DNA of 28,110 nucleotides from assembly GCA_029258835.1 (NCBI GenBank), contig JAPDJY010000017.1, forward strand, positions 1-28,110, in the 5' to 3' direction. This document shows, piece by piece, positions 8,503-17,800 of the stretch (position 1 is its first letter; each line of letters begins with the position of its first letter). The notes under the pieces were generated by a model, which saw nothing but the letters and a program-made list of their open reading frames with translations, was not told the DNA's origin and did not search any database. This stretch comes from Thermoproteota archaeon (GTDB taxonomy: Archaea; Asgardarchaeota; Jordiarchaeia; Jordiarchaeales; Freyrarchaeaceae). A program made the position numbers and the translations under genes.

Positions 8503-10254
8503 TTGTCGGAGAGCATTCCCTCAAAAGTTCTCTACGTGGATCTTTCTAGAAGACGGTTCTGGGCAGAGGACAGGAGAGATCTTTTCGAGGAGTACCTTGG
8601 TGGTTCCGGCGTTGCGATCCAGCTTCTTAAGGAGGAGTGCCCTAAAGGGGCAGACCCTCTGGGACCTGACAACCCCATAGTTTTCGCTGTAGGCCCGTTA
8701 ACCTCCCTCTTCCCGATGGCATCCAAGACTGTAGCCATGTTTAAGTCTCCTTTAACTGGGGAGTTAGGGGAGAGCCATGCTGGCGGAAGAAGCGCTATAG
8801 CCATAAGGTCTACTGGTTACGGGGCGATCGTGATTAAGGGTTCAAGCGACATCCCGATCTATGTAGCCGTCCACGACGGCAAGGTTTACTTCCGTGACGC
8901 CTCAGCCTACTGGGGTATGGAGAGCACCTTAACTGTTGGAAGAGTGATAAGGGAGAACGAGCCGGGTAGCGGTGTGAGAACCATAATGAGGATCGGGGCT
9001 GCCGGCGAGAGGCTGGTCAGGTACGCCATGGTTACGACGGAGACGTTCAGACACTTCGGAAGGCTCGGACTGGGAGCGGTCTTCGGAAGCAAGAAGCTTA
9101 AAGCAGTGGTCGTCTCCGGGAGGAACGTCGTGCCGGTTAAGGAGAAGAAGCTTTACAGGGACTTGTACGACGAGTTTTTCAAGGTGATGGTTGAGTCGGA
9201 CGCCCTTAAAAAATACCATGAAATAGGGACTCCTATAAACGTCCTCGCCCTCAACTCCATTAAAGGGCTTCCAACACGTAATCTTAAAAGCGCCGAGTTT
9301 GAGGGTGCTGAGCGTATATCCGGAGAATACCTAGCGGAAAACTTCCTTGGGAGAAGGGTTGCATGCGCCCACTGCCCGGTAGCATGCATACACCTAGCAG
9401 CCCTAAGGGAGCCGTACGAGGACGAGCCCTACTTCTACAAGACAACGTGGGTCTCGTACGATTACGAGTTAACCTACGCTCTAGGGTCGATGCTTGGAAT
9501 ATCGGACACCCACGGGTTCCTAATGCTCCTCGACGAGGTGGAAAAGCAGGGTGTCGACGCCATGAGCACGGGAGTATGCTTAGCGTGGGCTACGGAGGCC
9601 TACGAGAAAGGGTTATTGTCGAGAGGAGACCTGGAAGGGTTGGAGCCGAAATGGGGGGACTATGAAACATACATAAAAATGGTGGAATTGATCGTTGAGC
9701 AGCCTAACGAGTTCTATAAGCACTTAGCCATGGGAGTCGAGGCTGCCGCGTCAAGGTATGGTGGCTTAGACTTCGCCCTCGCCTTCGGAGGAAACGAGAT
9801 GCCAGGCTACCACACCGGCCCTGCGGGGTACGTGGGATACTTAACCGGGGCGAGGCACAGCCACCTCGACTCTGGAGGCTACAGCTTGGACGAGAAGACC
9901 ATAGGAGCAACCCCCAGCCCAGAGGAGATCGCCAATAAGCTTTTCGAGGAGGAGTCATGGAGGCAGATCCTGTCAAGCCTCGTGGTGTGCTTCTTCGCCC
10001 GCCGGGTGTACAGCCCTGAAACCGTGGCTAAAGCGTTGAAGGCTGTTGGGCTAGAGAAGGATGAAGGCGAGCTAGCCGAGCTGGGCAGGGAGATCCTCTT
10101 CGAGAAGTACAGGTTTAAGGTTAGGGAGGGGTTCTCATTTGATAAGCTCAGGATCCCTAGGAGGATCCTTGAGACACCGACTCCTCACGGCATGCTGAGC
10201 GAGGAGGTAATACGTGAAGCAGTAGCCCACTACGCGAGCAAGATTAAACTGTGA
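8503..10254 (+). CDS. aor: Tungsten-dependent aldehyde:ferredoxin oxidoreductase family protein
   Basis: YLGGSG, KSPLTG, SHAGG, GRLGLGAVFGSKKLKAV, CAHCPVAC, GVDAMSTG. TTG start after GGAGGTG. Confidence 0.92.
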   Translation: MSESIPSKVLYVDLSRRRFWAEDRRDLFEEYLGGSGVAIQLLKEECPKGADPLGPDNPIVFAVGPLTSLFPMASKTVAMFKSPLTGELGESHAGGRSAIAIRSTGYGAIVIKGSSDIPIYVAVHDGKVYFRDASAYWGMESTLTVGRVIRENEPGSGVRTIMRIGAAGERLVRYAMVTTETFRHFGRLGLGAVFGSKKLKAVVVSGRNVVPVKEKKLYRDLYDEFFKVMVESDALKKYHEIGTPINVLALNSIKGLPTRNLKSAEFEGAERISGEYLAENFLGRRVACAHCPVACIHLAALREPYEDEPYFYKTTWVSYDYELTYALGSMLGISDTHGFLMLLDEVEKQGVDAMSTGVCLAWATEAYEKGLLSRGDLEGLEPKWGDYETYIKMVELIVEQPNEFYKHLAMGVEAAASRYGGLDFALAFGGNEMPGYHTGPAGYVGYLTGARHSHLDSGGYSLDEKTIGATPSPEEIANKLFEEESWRQILSSLVVCFFARRVYSPETVAKALKAVGLEKDEGELAELGREILFEKYRFKVREGFSFDKLRIPRRILETPTPHGMLSEEVIREAVAHYASKIKL

Positions 10255-10516
10255 AGTAGGAGTTAAACTTACGCTTGCACGCTTTCACGCTACGCTGCTG
10301 ACTGCTAAGATGCATCGTTACCTCATCTACACTCTTAAGGGTGCTTCACACCTACCCACACCGGCCCGCGGGAGTTAGAGAAGCTGGTGATGCAAGAAGG
10401 CAATGAACCGTGGCGTAGCTAAGCGTATAAAGGGTGTTTCAACTGAATTTGCTTCCTTGAATAGGGGACGCTGAAGTTTCTTGTGCACGTGAAGCAGTGA
10501 ACGTTGAAAAGGGGGG

Positions 10517-11455
10517 TTATGCAGGCCGCTTGTAGGGGGGTTGCGACGCCCTCATTTTCAACTCAAAAAGTTTGTCTGCCAGCTTAGCTATGTATTCTCC
10601 ATTTTCAAGCTTACTCTTCCAGCCTTCCGGAATGCCCTCCTCTCCATGATATGCCCCGCTTATCGCGCCCGTCATTGCCCCTATGGTGTCGGTGTCGCCT
10701 CCGAGGCTCACGGCGTAAACAACGGCGTCCTTGAAGCTTCCACTATTCGCAGCGAAGGAGTAGATTGCGGTTGGAACCGATTCGAACGCTTCAACGCTGT
10801 TGCCGAGGCTGGAGACGACACGCCTCTTACCGGCTCCCTCCCCTAAAAGCCTCCTGGCAGCTTTAAGCTTGCCCCTGTAAATGTCTTCTACGGTGAAGGA
10901 CTCTAGCTCCTCCAGGAAGTCGTATGGGTTGAGCCTGGGCGGCCTGGAGCGGACAGCTAAAGCCACGGCATAGGCTTGAAGAGCCGCCCCTTCCATTCCA
11001 AGCCTGTGAGCGTGGGTGGTGAGGCTTGAACCGTAAGCCACCCTTCTCAGCGTTTCAGGATCATCGAAGTAGAGTAAGCCGACAGGCGCCACCCTCATGG
11101 CAGCCCCGTTACCATATGAGCCTTCACCATGGAAGAGCATCCTGCTGGCGGCATCCCACGGCTCTCCTCTCATTATCATGCGGAATACTGCTGGCGGGCC
11201 GGGCCCGTAACCCCTAGTGGGGTCATAATTTCTCATGAACACTTTAACCATGTGCTCTCCGTCAAACCCCTCCTTCTCGATAAGCGACTCAGCGACACCT
11301 ATCATCATCTCGGTATCGTCCGTGTAGCGTCCGTCGAAGACAGGCAGCTGCCCGCTGGCCAGGCAGGGGAATGGTCTTCCCTCTAGGGGGCGGCCGAGCG
11401 CGTCGCCTACCCCGGTGCCGAGCATGGACCCCCTAAACTTAGACTTCAGGTTCAA
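10517..11455 (-). CDS. ADP-ribosylglycohydrolase (DraG/ARH family)
   Basis: GDALG, YTDDT, SYGNGAAMRVAP, TH, and GGDTDTIGAMTGA metal-binding motifs. TTG start after SD AGGAGGGG. Confidence 0.93.
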   Translation of the reverse strand: MNLKSKFRGSMLGTGVGDALGRPLEGRPFPCLASGQLPVFDGRYTDDTEMMIGVAESLIEKEGFDGEHMVKVFMRNYDPTRGYGPGPPAVFRMIMRGEPWDAASRMLFHGEGSYGNGAAMRVAPVGLLYFDDPETLRRVAYGSSLTTHAHRLGMEGAALQAYAVALAVRSRPPRLNPYDFLEELESFTVEDIYRGKLKAARRLLGEGAGKRRVVSSLGNSVEAFESVPTAIYSFAANSGSFKDAVVYAVSLGGDTDTIGAMTGAISGAYHGEEGIPEGWKSKLENGEYIAKLADKLFELKMRASQPPYKRPA

Positions 11456-11584
11456 CGATACCCCTCCTGTTTAACCAATGTGGAGGGAGGCATAAGAAAT
11501 TTTCTTGAGGGGTTCTCAGGTAGTTGAACCATGGGTTTAAAGGTTTAAAAGAGGCGGCTTCGAAACCATTACTGGGGTGGTGGC

Positions 11585-12523
11585 TTGTTCTCCGTGTTCG
11601 TCTTCGGCGTCCTCCCCGAGTCATCCGGGAAGACGACGGTGTGCACTGCCATAGTTAGAGGGCTGTCCCTTCGAGGGTGGAACGTAGGCGTGTTTAAGCC
11701 TAGGTCGGGTCACAGCTACTGGTACCATCACGACATTTACGCAAAGTGCTCGGCTGAGGGGCGTCTTTACTCGTGGGACATCTTAAGGCTCTCTCAGGCT
11801 AAAGGAGGCAGGCCGCTTCCCCTAGAAGTACTTAACCCCGTCGACGCCCTTTTCAGCCCTCTCGACCGGTTAAGTCTTGACGAGTCGTCCGTTGAAGTCA
11901 GGTTGTCTAACCCGTTCTTCGAGCTGGTGGTGGAAAGGTACACCATTCTGGATGGCAGGGTTAAAAGCGTGCTCTGCGTTAACGGCGTCAACTTCGAGTC
12001 AGACAGTCTCCTCTTCAAGAACTGGGCTTATGTTAAAAGGCTTATGGACAACGCTTATAAGGTGATCATTGCCGAGTCGCTGGAGGAGTGGAACGACGTC
12101 TACTCCAATTATGCCCCTACCGCGATAAGAAGCTGCTACAAGAAGGTCTGCTCGGAGCACGAGGTGGTCGTGGTTGAAGGCTTCAACGACGCTGTATGCC
12201 CGGATCCAGCGTTAAGATTCAACCTAGTCTTAGGGGTAGCGCCAGGAGCAGTATTCTGTTACAGGGGTGACCGTTTCAGGAAGGCGGTTGAGGTCGTAGC
12301 TGGAGCGGTCAGAGATCCGAGGAGTCTGGAAGCGAGAAACGTTCTAGAGTTCTTGAAGCCTGAAAGGGCAGTTAGGCTCCCTGCACTAACTTCACGGGAA
12401 ACGTCAGATTACAAGTTGCTGGCGAGGAAACTCGGTGAAGTAGTTGAGGTGGTTGAGGGCGAAGCGGCAAAATGGAGGGAAAATGAGGAGGGGGGATGGC
12501 GCCCAGCTACCGAGGGAGGTTAG
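11585..12523 (+). CDS. Archaeal P-loop NTPase (COG4028-like; dethiobiotin-synthase/CobQ-like fold)
   Basis: N-terminal GVLPESSGKTT, FKPRSGHSYW, EVLNPVD, VVVEGFND. Confidence 0.75.
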   Translation: MFSVFVFGVLPESSGKTTVCTAIVRGLSLRGWNVGVFKPRSGHSYWYHHDIYAKCSAEGRLYSWDILRLSQAKGGRPLPLEVLNPVDALFSPLDRLSLDESSVEVRLSNPFFELVVERYTILDGRVKSVLCVNGVNFESDSLLFKNWAYVKRLMDNAYKVIIAESLEEWNDVYSNYAPTAIRSCYKKVCSEHEVVVVEGFNDAVCPDPALRFNLVLGVAPGAVFCYRGDRFRKAVEVVAGAVRDPRSLEARNVLEFLKPERAVRLPALTSRETSDYKLLARKLGEVVEVVEGEAAKWRENEEGGWRPATEGG

Positions 12524-12714
12524 AAGTCGAGTTCTATTGCGTTATGCCTGCACTGGATCTTGCACGCGTAGCATTCTATACATGCATCTTCGTTAACAAC
12601 TTTAACTTTTATTCCTGCTTCATCTGGCGCGAAGCACCCTACAGGGCAAGCCTTCAAGCACACGCCGCACCTTTGCACGCCGACGCAGCGGGAAAGGTTA
12701 ACCCTAATCTTCAA
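12520..12714 (-). CDS. 2x[4Fe-4S]-type ferredoxin
   Basis: CVGVQRCGVCLKACP and CIECYACKIQC. TTG at 12714 after GAGGTG is preferred over the track start at 12762. 4-nt convergent overlap with the P-loop gene. Confidence 0.85.
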   Translation of the reverse strand: MKIRVNLSRCVGVQRCGVCLKACPVGCFAPDEAGIKVKVVNEDACIECYACKIQCRHNAIELDF

Positions 12715-12826
12715 GAAAAGCACCTCGATAAGTGATTTACTACATCGTGCTACTAGTTTCAAAGTTAAGCTTTTTATAGTTAGAAATTAAAGGCTTTTAT
12801 TACCATTCTACTGAAGGTGTTTTAGG

Positions 12827-13486
12827 ATGGTTTCTTCGAAGACGGCCCTAATCGGTGGAGTAATCGGCTTTCTAGGATCGCTCATTGCGTTGTGTGGTAT
12901 AATTGGCGCAGCTCTCCTTTACCAGAGTGCGTGTCCCTTCAGGCCTTTCTTTATCCGTCAACCTATTCCCATTTTCATACCCATACCGAACACTGGTTAC
13001 AACGCGTTGGTTCAGCACGTGAGCGAGCTCGGCGTTGGCCCAACGTCATACATGTTTAACACCAGCCTGATTCTGGCGGGTGTCCTCGCGGTGCCATTCT
13101 TCATCTGTCTTCTTCAGCCCTTGGGGGGTTCTTGGACTGCGAGAATAGGCGTGGCTTCAGGTATAGTAGCTTTCATCGGCCTCATAGGCCTTGCAGTTTA
13201 CACGGAGACGCAGTACGCCGCCCACATCTTCTTCTCAAATGTTTTCTTCATATTCATCCTCGCCTCCATCGTGCTGATCACCTACACCATTCGCTCTTCG
13301 GACTTTTTCACGTGGGTACACGTGTGGCTCGGGGTAATCTTGGTAGCGGCGGATATAGTATTCTTCGTGCTGATATTTACAACAGGTTTCAGCGCCGTGA
13401 TGGAGTGGGCAGTAGTCTTGATAATACTGGTCTGGACTTTCGCTGTCTCGCTGCAAATGATAATAAAAGGAAGGGAAGTAGCCTAG
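12827..13486 (+). CDS. Multi-pass membrane protein, DUF998-like
   Basis: About 6 hydrophobic helices; Y....QHVSELG, FN..LILAG, conserved His (AAHIFF) and a C-terminal EW motif. Confidence 0.75.
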   Translation: MVSSKTALIGGVIGFLGSLIALCGIIGAALLYQSACPFRPFFIRQPIPIFIPIPNTGYNALVQHVSELGVGPTSYMFNTSLILAGVLAVPFFICLLQPLGGSWTARIGVASGIVAFIGLIGLAVYTETQYAAHIFFSNVFFIFILASIVLITYTIRSSDFFTWVHVWLGVILVAADIVFFVLIFTTGFSAVMEWAVVLIILVWTFAVSLQMIIKGREVA

Positions 13487-13892
13487 CAACAAACCATGAG
13501 GACAACGTTCTAACAACAACTAATCTTCTCTTTTTTAGAGCCAAGCAAAACTCTAGTTTCCATCATCCTGTGGATGTTTCCGGAAACTTTCAAAAAGGTG
13601 TGGGAAACCCGTCACAGGCTGAAAGCAGGGATAGAGCAACCTAAGGGTGGAAGGACGCAGGTTGCATGGTTTATGTCCTTCACCTGGTGGCGAGTTCTGC
13701 TTCTCCCGGTATGTAGCCTGGGTAAGCCGTCAGTCACCTATGGAAGGCGAATAGTAAATTCGGTTAAATTTTATCGTTTTCGTTTTCCTCCAGTTTTAAC
13801 TGGGAAAACGGAAGGATAGTGGCTTTTTCTTTTCCCTAGAAAACGGGTGCAGAGAGACGTTCAAAACAAGAGGAAGGGAAAATGATGGGGAA

Positions 13893-13920
13893 AATTCCAT
13901 GAATAATTCCATGAATAATT
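13893..13920 (+). repeat. Tandem 12-mer AATTCCATGAAT x2.3
   Basis: Read directly: 13893-13904, 13905-13916, then AATT. Confidence 0.6.
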
Positions 13921-13954
13921 GCGGGTCGTGCATCCATATAGAATTCTATTTTTC

Positions 13955-14245
13955 CGTTAAGTGAGAGGGCGGATTCCTTCCGCTTCGTCGAGCACGTCCA
14001 CGAGGAGGTCTGCCTCGTCTAGGAACCTTATGAACTGACTGGAACGGCTTTCTAGTTTTTGAGCAGCTGTGGCTTCACTAAATGGAGAGAATTGTCCTTA
14101 GTCTCAAAGCCTTCATCCGAGAGTTCCTCAAGTACGAGTAGCCTATGGAAAGTTTGCCGGGGCATTACTCATAGTCCCAGCCCCTGTTTTCCATTACTCC
14201 TCTGAGACGCTATGATCCGGTAGACATCCTTCCGCTTCACGCTCG
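13955..14245 (-). pseudogene. Unidentified decayed coding fragment
   Basis: Protein-like pieces in shifting frames (VKRKDVYRIIAS; HRLLVLEELSDEGF; SQFIRFLDEADLLVDVLDEAEGIRPLT*), interrupted by stops. Confidence 0.35.
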
Positions 14246-14814
14246 TTTAACTCGCTAAGCCTGAGAAGAAGTTCTAAAGAGGTGAACGGCAGGTCGTGCT
14301 GAAGATGAACACCTTGTGCTTTGTAAGAAATTTAGAAACGTCCGGGGATTATGAGGATGAGCAGCCGTATGGGGCTATGCGCGCAAACCATCAGGGTTTT
14401 TGTTTAACGATCTTCACGTAACCAAGCGGTTTAGCTGCCTTGTGGGCTCCGGGGTATTATTCTCAGCTCCTTTGAAATACCCGACAACCTCCTAGCTTTC
14501 CCGATACCATTCGGGGGGACCAGCTCCTCTCGGACGTAGCTCGAACAGTAGCTTCACGACCTCGGACGGCGAATTAGCTTCAATCTAACATTAGAAAAAA
14601 TTCTCACTAACGAATTTGGGGTTTTAACTCGAAAGGGTAGTAAGAGTTATTTAACAATTACGTTGTCCGGTGTAGCCACACGGGGAAAGTAAACCTAATG
14701 TTAAGGAAAAGTGCTGGCAACGCTCGAGGCGGTTAGAGGCGAAGGATGAGTGTTTCCAGTCACCGGGTTTTATTCTTGGAAATTGGAAATGGGTTGGAAG
14801 AGGAAAGGTGTTAT

Positions 14815-15170
14815 TTCTCGGTAAATTCTTCTTTTCTCCGAAAAGTTGTTGTTTCTTCAACATCCCTCAGCTCCGAAGGCTCCAAACCCCAGTGGTAATC
14901 CTGTGAGAGGCTGTTTAGCTCGAAGTTGTAAGCGTGCTTCTCCATCTTAAGAGCGGCCGGTTGTCCTCCCATAGCCTTATCTGCAGGGTTTCAACCCCCA
15001 TGGAGCCTGCCCGCCAGCACAACATTGTTCGCGACGCTTGTGCGGTAGGCTTCGTCCACCGGATACGGTCGCCGAGCACACGGCTCCTTCGCTCTTCCTA
15101 ATCCTATGAGTCTTAAGAGTTTTCGATCCTCCTACTCCAGCATCATCCCCAGTCCTATTTCGGGTGTCCG
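14815..15170 (-). pseudogene. Unidentified decayed coding fragment
   Basis: Segments PYPVDEAYRTSVANNVVLAGRLH and VETLQIRLWEDNRPLLRWKKHAYNFELNSLSQDYHWGLEPSELRDVEE lie in different frames, with the switch near 14995. Confidence 0.4.
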
Positions 15171-15672
15171 AGCCGCCTTTTTCGCTTACCATTCAGAAGC
15201 CACGTAATTGCTGTTTTACGTTCCCGAAGCGGAAAACGTTGATCGCGGCAACTAGGGGTTTCGGAAAACCCTCAAACTTCTAGGTCACATTAACTATTTC
15301 TTCCCTCGTGATGTGGAGGTGTTATTCGGCCTCTGCCCCTAGAACATTGTTACGTCGGCTCCGGCGAAGAAGGCCCCCGCACCAATAACCGTCAAAACCC
15401 CGACCCCCTTTCTTTCGTCCCTTGGTTGCTAGTGTCAATAATCAGTACGGTGGTAGCGAGTGTGATGGTGCCTTTCAGGCGGGAAGGATGCTTTTCCTGT
15501 AAAGTTTTTAATGGAAAATGTTCTTAAGGAGGGGACCGAGTTAAAGCGTCTACGACGAGGAGTCTTTGCTAGGTGAAATTGAAAAGTAGGCGTTTTAATG
15601 TTTATTTTAAGATGTTTGAGGAGAACCTATTTAAGGGTACTATGCCATCTTTTCTTGGCTTACTGTTGGAGA

Positions 15673-16659
15673 ATGGGGATGGGATTGGCTGCTATTGAAA
15701 CCTTTGAGCTTACTAAGGTGTATTCTCGGCTCGTCGCGGTTGACGGGTTGAACATGAGTGTTCCGGAGAGGGTGTGCTTTGGTTTTCTAGGGCCGAATGG
15801 GGCTGGTAAAACAACCACCATGAAGATGCTTGTTGGCCTCGCCCCTCCCAGCGACGGCACCGCCACCGTTATGGGGTGGGACATCAGGTGTGAGATGGAG
15901 AAGGTCAGAGACGTTATAGGCTACATGCCGGAGTTCACTCCGAAGCCAAAGGAGAAAGCCCTAGACCACCTGGTTACTCTGGCAAGCTTTAACAGTTTGA
16001 GGGATAGGCGTAGCTTGAAGAAGCAGGCTGAAACCCTGCTTGAAGAGTTCGGCCTCTGGGAGGTCAGGAACAAGAAGGTTTCATCGTTCAGCATGGGCAT
16101 GTTCAAGAAGTGGCTTCTAGCCAACGCGTTGATGGGAGACCCAGAAGTGATCTTCTTAGACGAGCCCACAGCTAACCTTGACCCGGTCGCCAGGGTTGAA
16201 ATACTTGAGATGATCAGGAAGCTGGGAAGGGAGAGGACTGTGTTCCTTAACAGCCACGTTCTACCCGAGGTTGAGAGGGTTGCAGACCACGTTGCCGTGA
16301 TACATAAGGGCAGGCTTATAGCCCAGGAGAGCATTAGAAACCTCAGAAACCTCGTAAGGAGGAAACGCTACGTTTACGCCGTGAGAAGCGATAAAGACGA
16401 GGAGTTAGCGGAGTTCCTTCAAGCCTCTAAAGCTGCCTTGGAAGTGTCCTTCAGCGGGGACGGGGTAAGGGTTGTCACCAGAAGCCCTGAAATGCTCTGG
16501 TTCCAGCTTAACAGGGCCTTCCGGGAGATAGGTGTAATCGTTTACGAGTTTAAGGAGTTGAGTAGGAGCCTCGAGGACGTCTTCATGGCTCTCATTGAGG
16601 GCGGGGGAGGCGAACATGTTGGCTCCGAGACGGCGCGTAATGGCGATGTTAAGATATGA
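15673..16659 (+). CDS. ABC-2 type exporter ATP-binding subunit
   Basis: GPNGAGKTT, variant signature FSMGM, IFLDEPT, NSH, and C-terminal SLEDVF. Start is one of 15673, 15679 or 15685 (track start 15598). Confidence 0.93.
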   Translation: MGMGLAAIETFELTKVYSRLVAVDGLNMSVPERVCFGFLGPNGAGKTTTMKMLVGLAPPSDGTATVMGWDIRCEMEKVRDVIGYMPEFTPKPKEKALDHLVTLASFNSLRDRRSLKKQAETLLEEFGLWEVRNKKVSSFSMGMFKKWLLANALMGDPEVIFLDEPTANLDPVARVEILEMIRKLGRERTVFLNSHVLPEVERVADHVAVIHKGRLIAQESIRNLRNLVRRKRYVYAVRSDKDEELAEFLQASKAALEVSFSGDGVRVVTRSPEMLWFQLNRAFREIGVIVYEFKELSRSLEDVFMALIEGGGGEHVGSETARNGDVKI

Positions 16660-17800
16660 AGTGGAGGCGTTCACCAGGAACCTACCGGTCACCCTGATTT
16701 TAACACTGATCGTGAGCGGCGTTCTCACCCTACTATACCTTGGAGGAGCAACAGCGGAGCTCCAGTCGTCTCTATCCCAGATCGCGTCGGGGATCATATC
16801 CGGACAAGCCGGCTTCATGTTCGTGTATGAAAGCTTCTTCAGCGTCTTAAACTCCCTCACGTTCCTCCCCGACCCGTTAAGAAGCTACGTGGCACTCGTC
16901 TTCACCGTGAGAAGGGAGCTAGCCACCTCATCATTTTACCTTGAATACATGCTTCCCATGCTAGTCATCCCAATAGTGTCTTTCACCATGTTCCGGACAA
17001 GCCTCGTAAGAGAGGAGGAAATATACGTACTCGTAAGAGTTGACCGGAACATGCTCCTCGTCGTACGCAGCCTGGTAAGCGCCCTCCTATACTCCCTAGT
17101 CGCCTTAGCGGTAGTGTACGCTTTGAAACTGTACGCAACAGCCAACCCAACACTCTCCCTCATTAAGCCTGTAATTGAATGCTTAACCCCCCTACCACCC
17201 CTCCTCCCTTCCTTTTTCCTTTTCCTACTTCTCGTTCAGGGAGCTGCCTCGCTGATAAACGTCTACGCTAAAAGGATCACCTACTTTATTCCGATAATAC
17301 TCTTCCTCGACCTTCTAATAGCCCAGACATTCATAACTGCAACCAGCTCGATAGCCGTTACAGTAAACATCTCCAGCCTCATTCAAGCATCCCTAGTATC
17401 CGGGGGACTAAACATACTGGGCAACCAGCAGGTTCTCACGTCAATCCTCTACTCGGCTGCCTCGGTGAGAGGGGTGACGGCGCTAGTACAGTACCTCCCC
17501 CTCTACCACTTTTCCATGCTGCTCCACGCGTTGAACACCCGCATCTTCGGCGGAATATGGCACCTGGGAGTCTTCGACCCCGCATACGCCCTTCAGGAAG
17601 CTTACTTCACGCTTCCCAGCAGCGTCCTCATCGGCAAAATATACTCTCTATTCCTCCCGCAAGCCATAACCCTCCTCCTAATCGTTGAATCAATAGCAAA
17701 ACCCCTCTACAACCCCTGGGCAACCATCCTCTACATGATCCCGCCAACCATAGCGTTCTTCTCCCTAGCAATAATACTATTTGGGAGGAAAACCCTATGA
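16616..17800 (+). CDS. Putative ABC exporter permease (polytopic membrane protein)
   Basis: Multiple TM segments and YLPLYH near the C-terminal half, as in ABC-2 permeases. ATG at 16616 after GGGGGAGG; overlaps both the ATPase and the next gene. Confidence 0.75.
   Translation: MLAPRRRVMAMLRYEVEAFTRNLPVTLILTLIVSGVLTLLYLGGATAELQSSLSQIASGIISGQAGFMFVYESFFSVLNSLTFLPDPLRSYVALVFTVRRELATSSFYLEYMLPMLVIPIVSFTMFRTSLVREEEIYVLVRVDRNMLLVVRSLVSALLYSLVALAVVYALKLYATANPTLSLIKPVIECLTPLPPLLPSFFLFLLLVQGAASLINVYAKRITYFIPIILFLDLLIAQTFITATSSIAVTVNISSLIQASLVSGGLNILGNQQVLTSILYSAASVRGVTALVQYLPLYHFSMLLHALNTRIFGGIWHLGVFDPAYALQEAYFTLPSSVLIGKIYSLFLPQAITLLLIVESIAKPLYNPWATILYMIPPTIAFFSLAIILFGRKTL

Noticed and set aside
13132-13819. 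170-aa and 81-aa + strand ORFs
   Set aside because: The first is an alternative frame of the DUF998-like gene; the second has no SD or motif support.
13893-13920. Short tandem repeats as a possible CRISPR remnant
   Set aside because: Units are 10-13 nt, directly adjacent, with no spacers and no cas genes.
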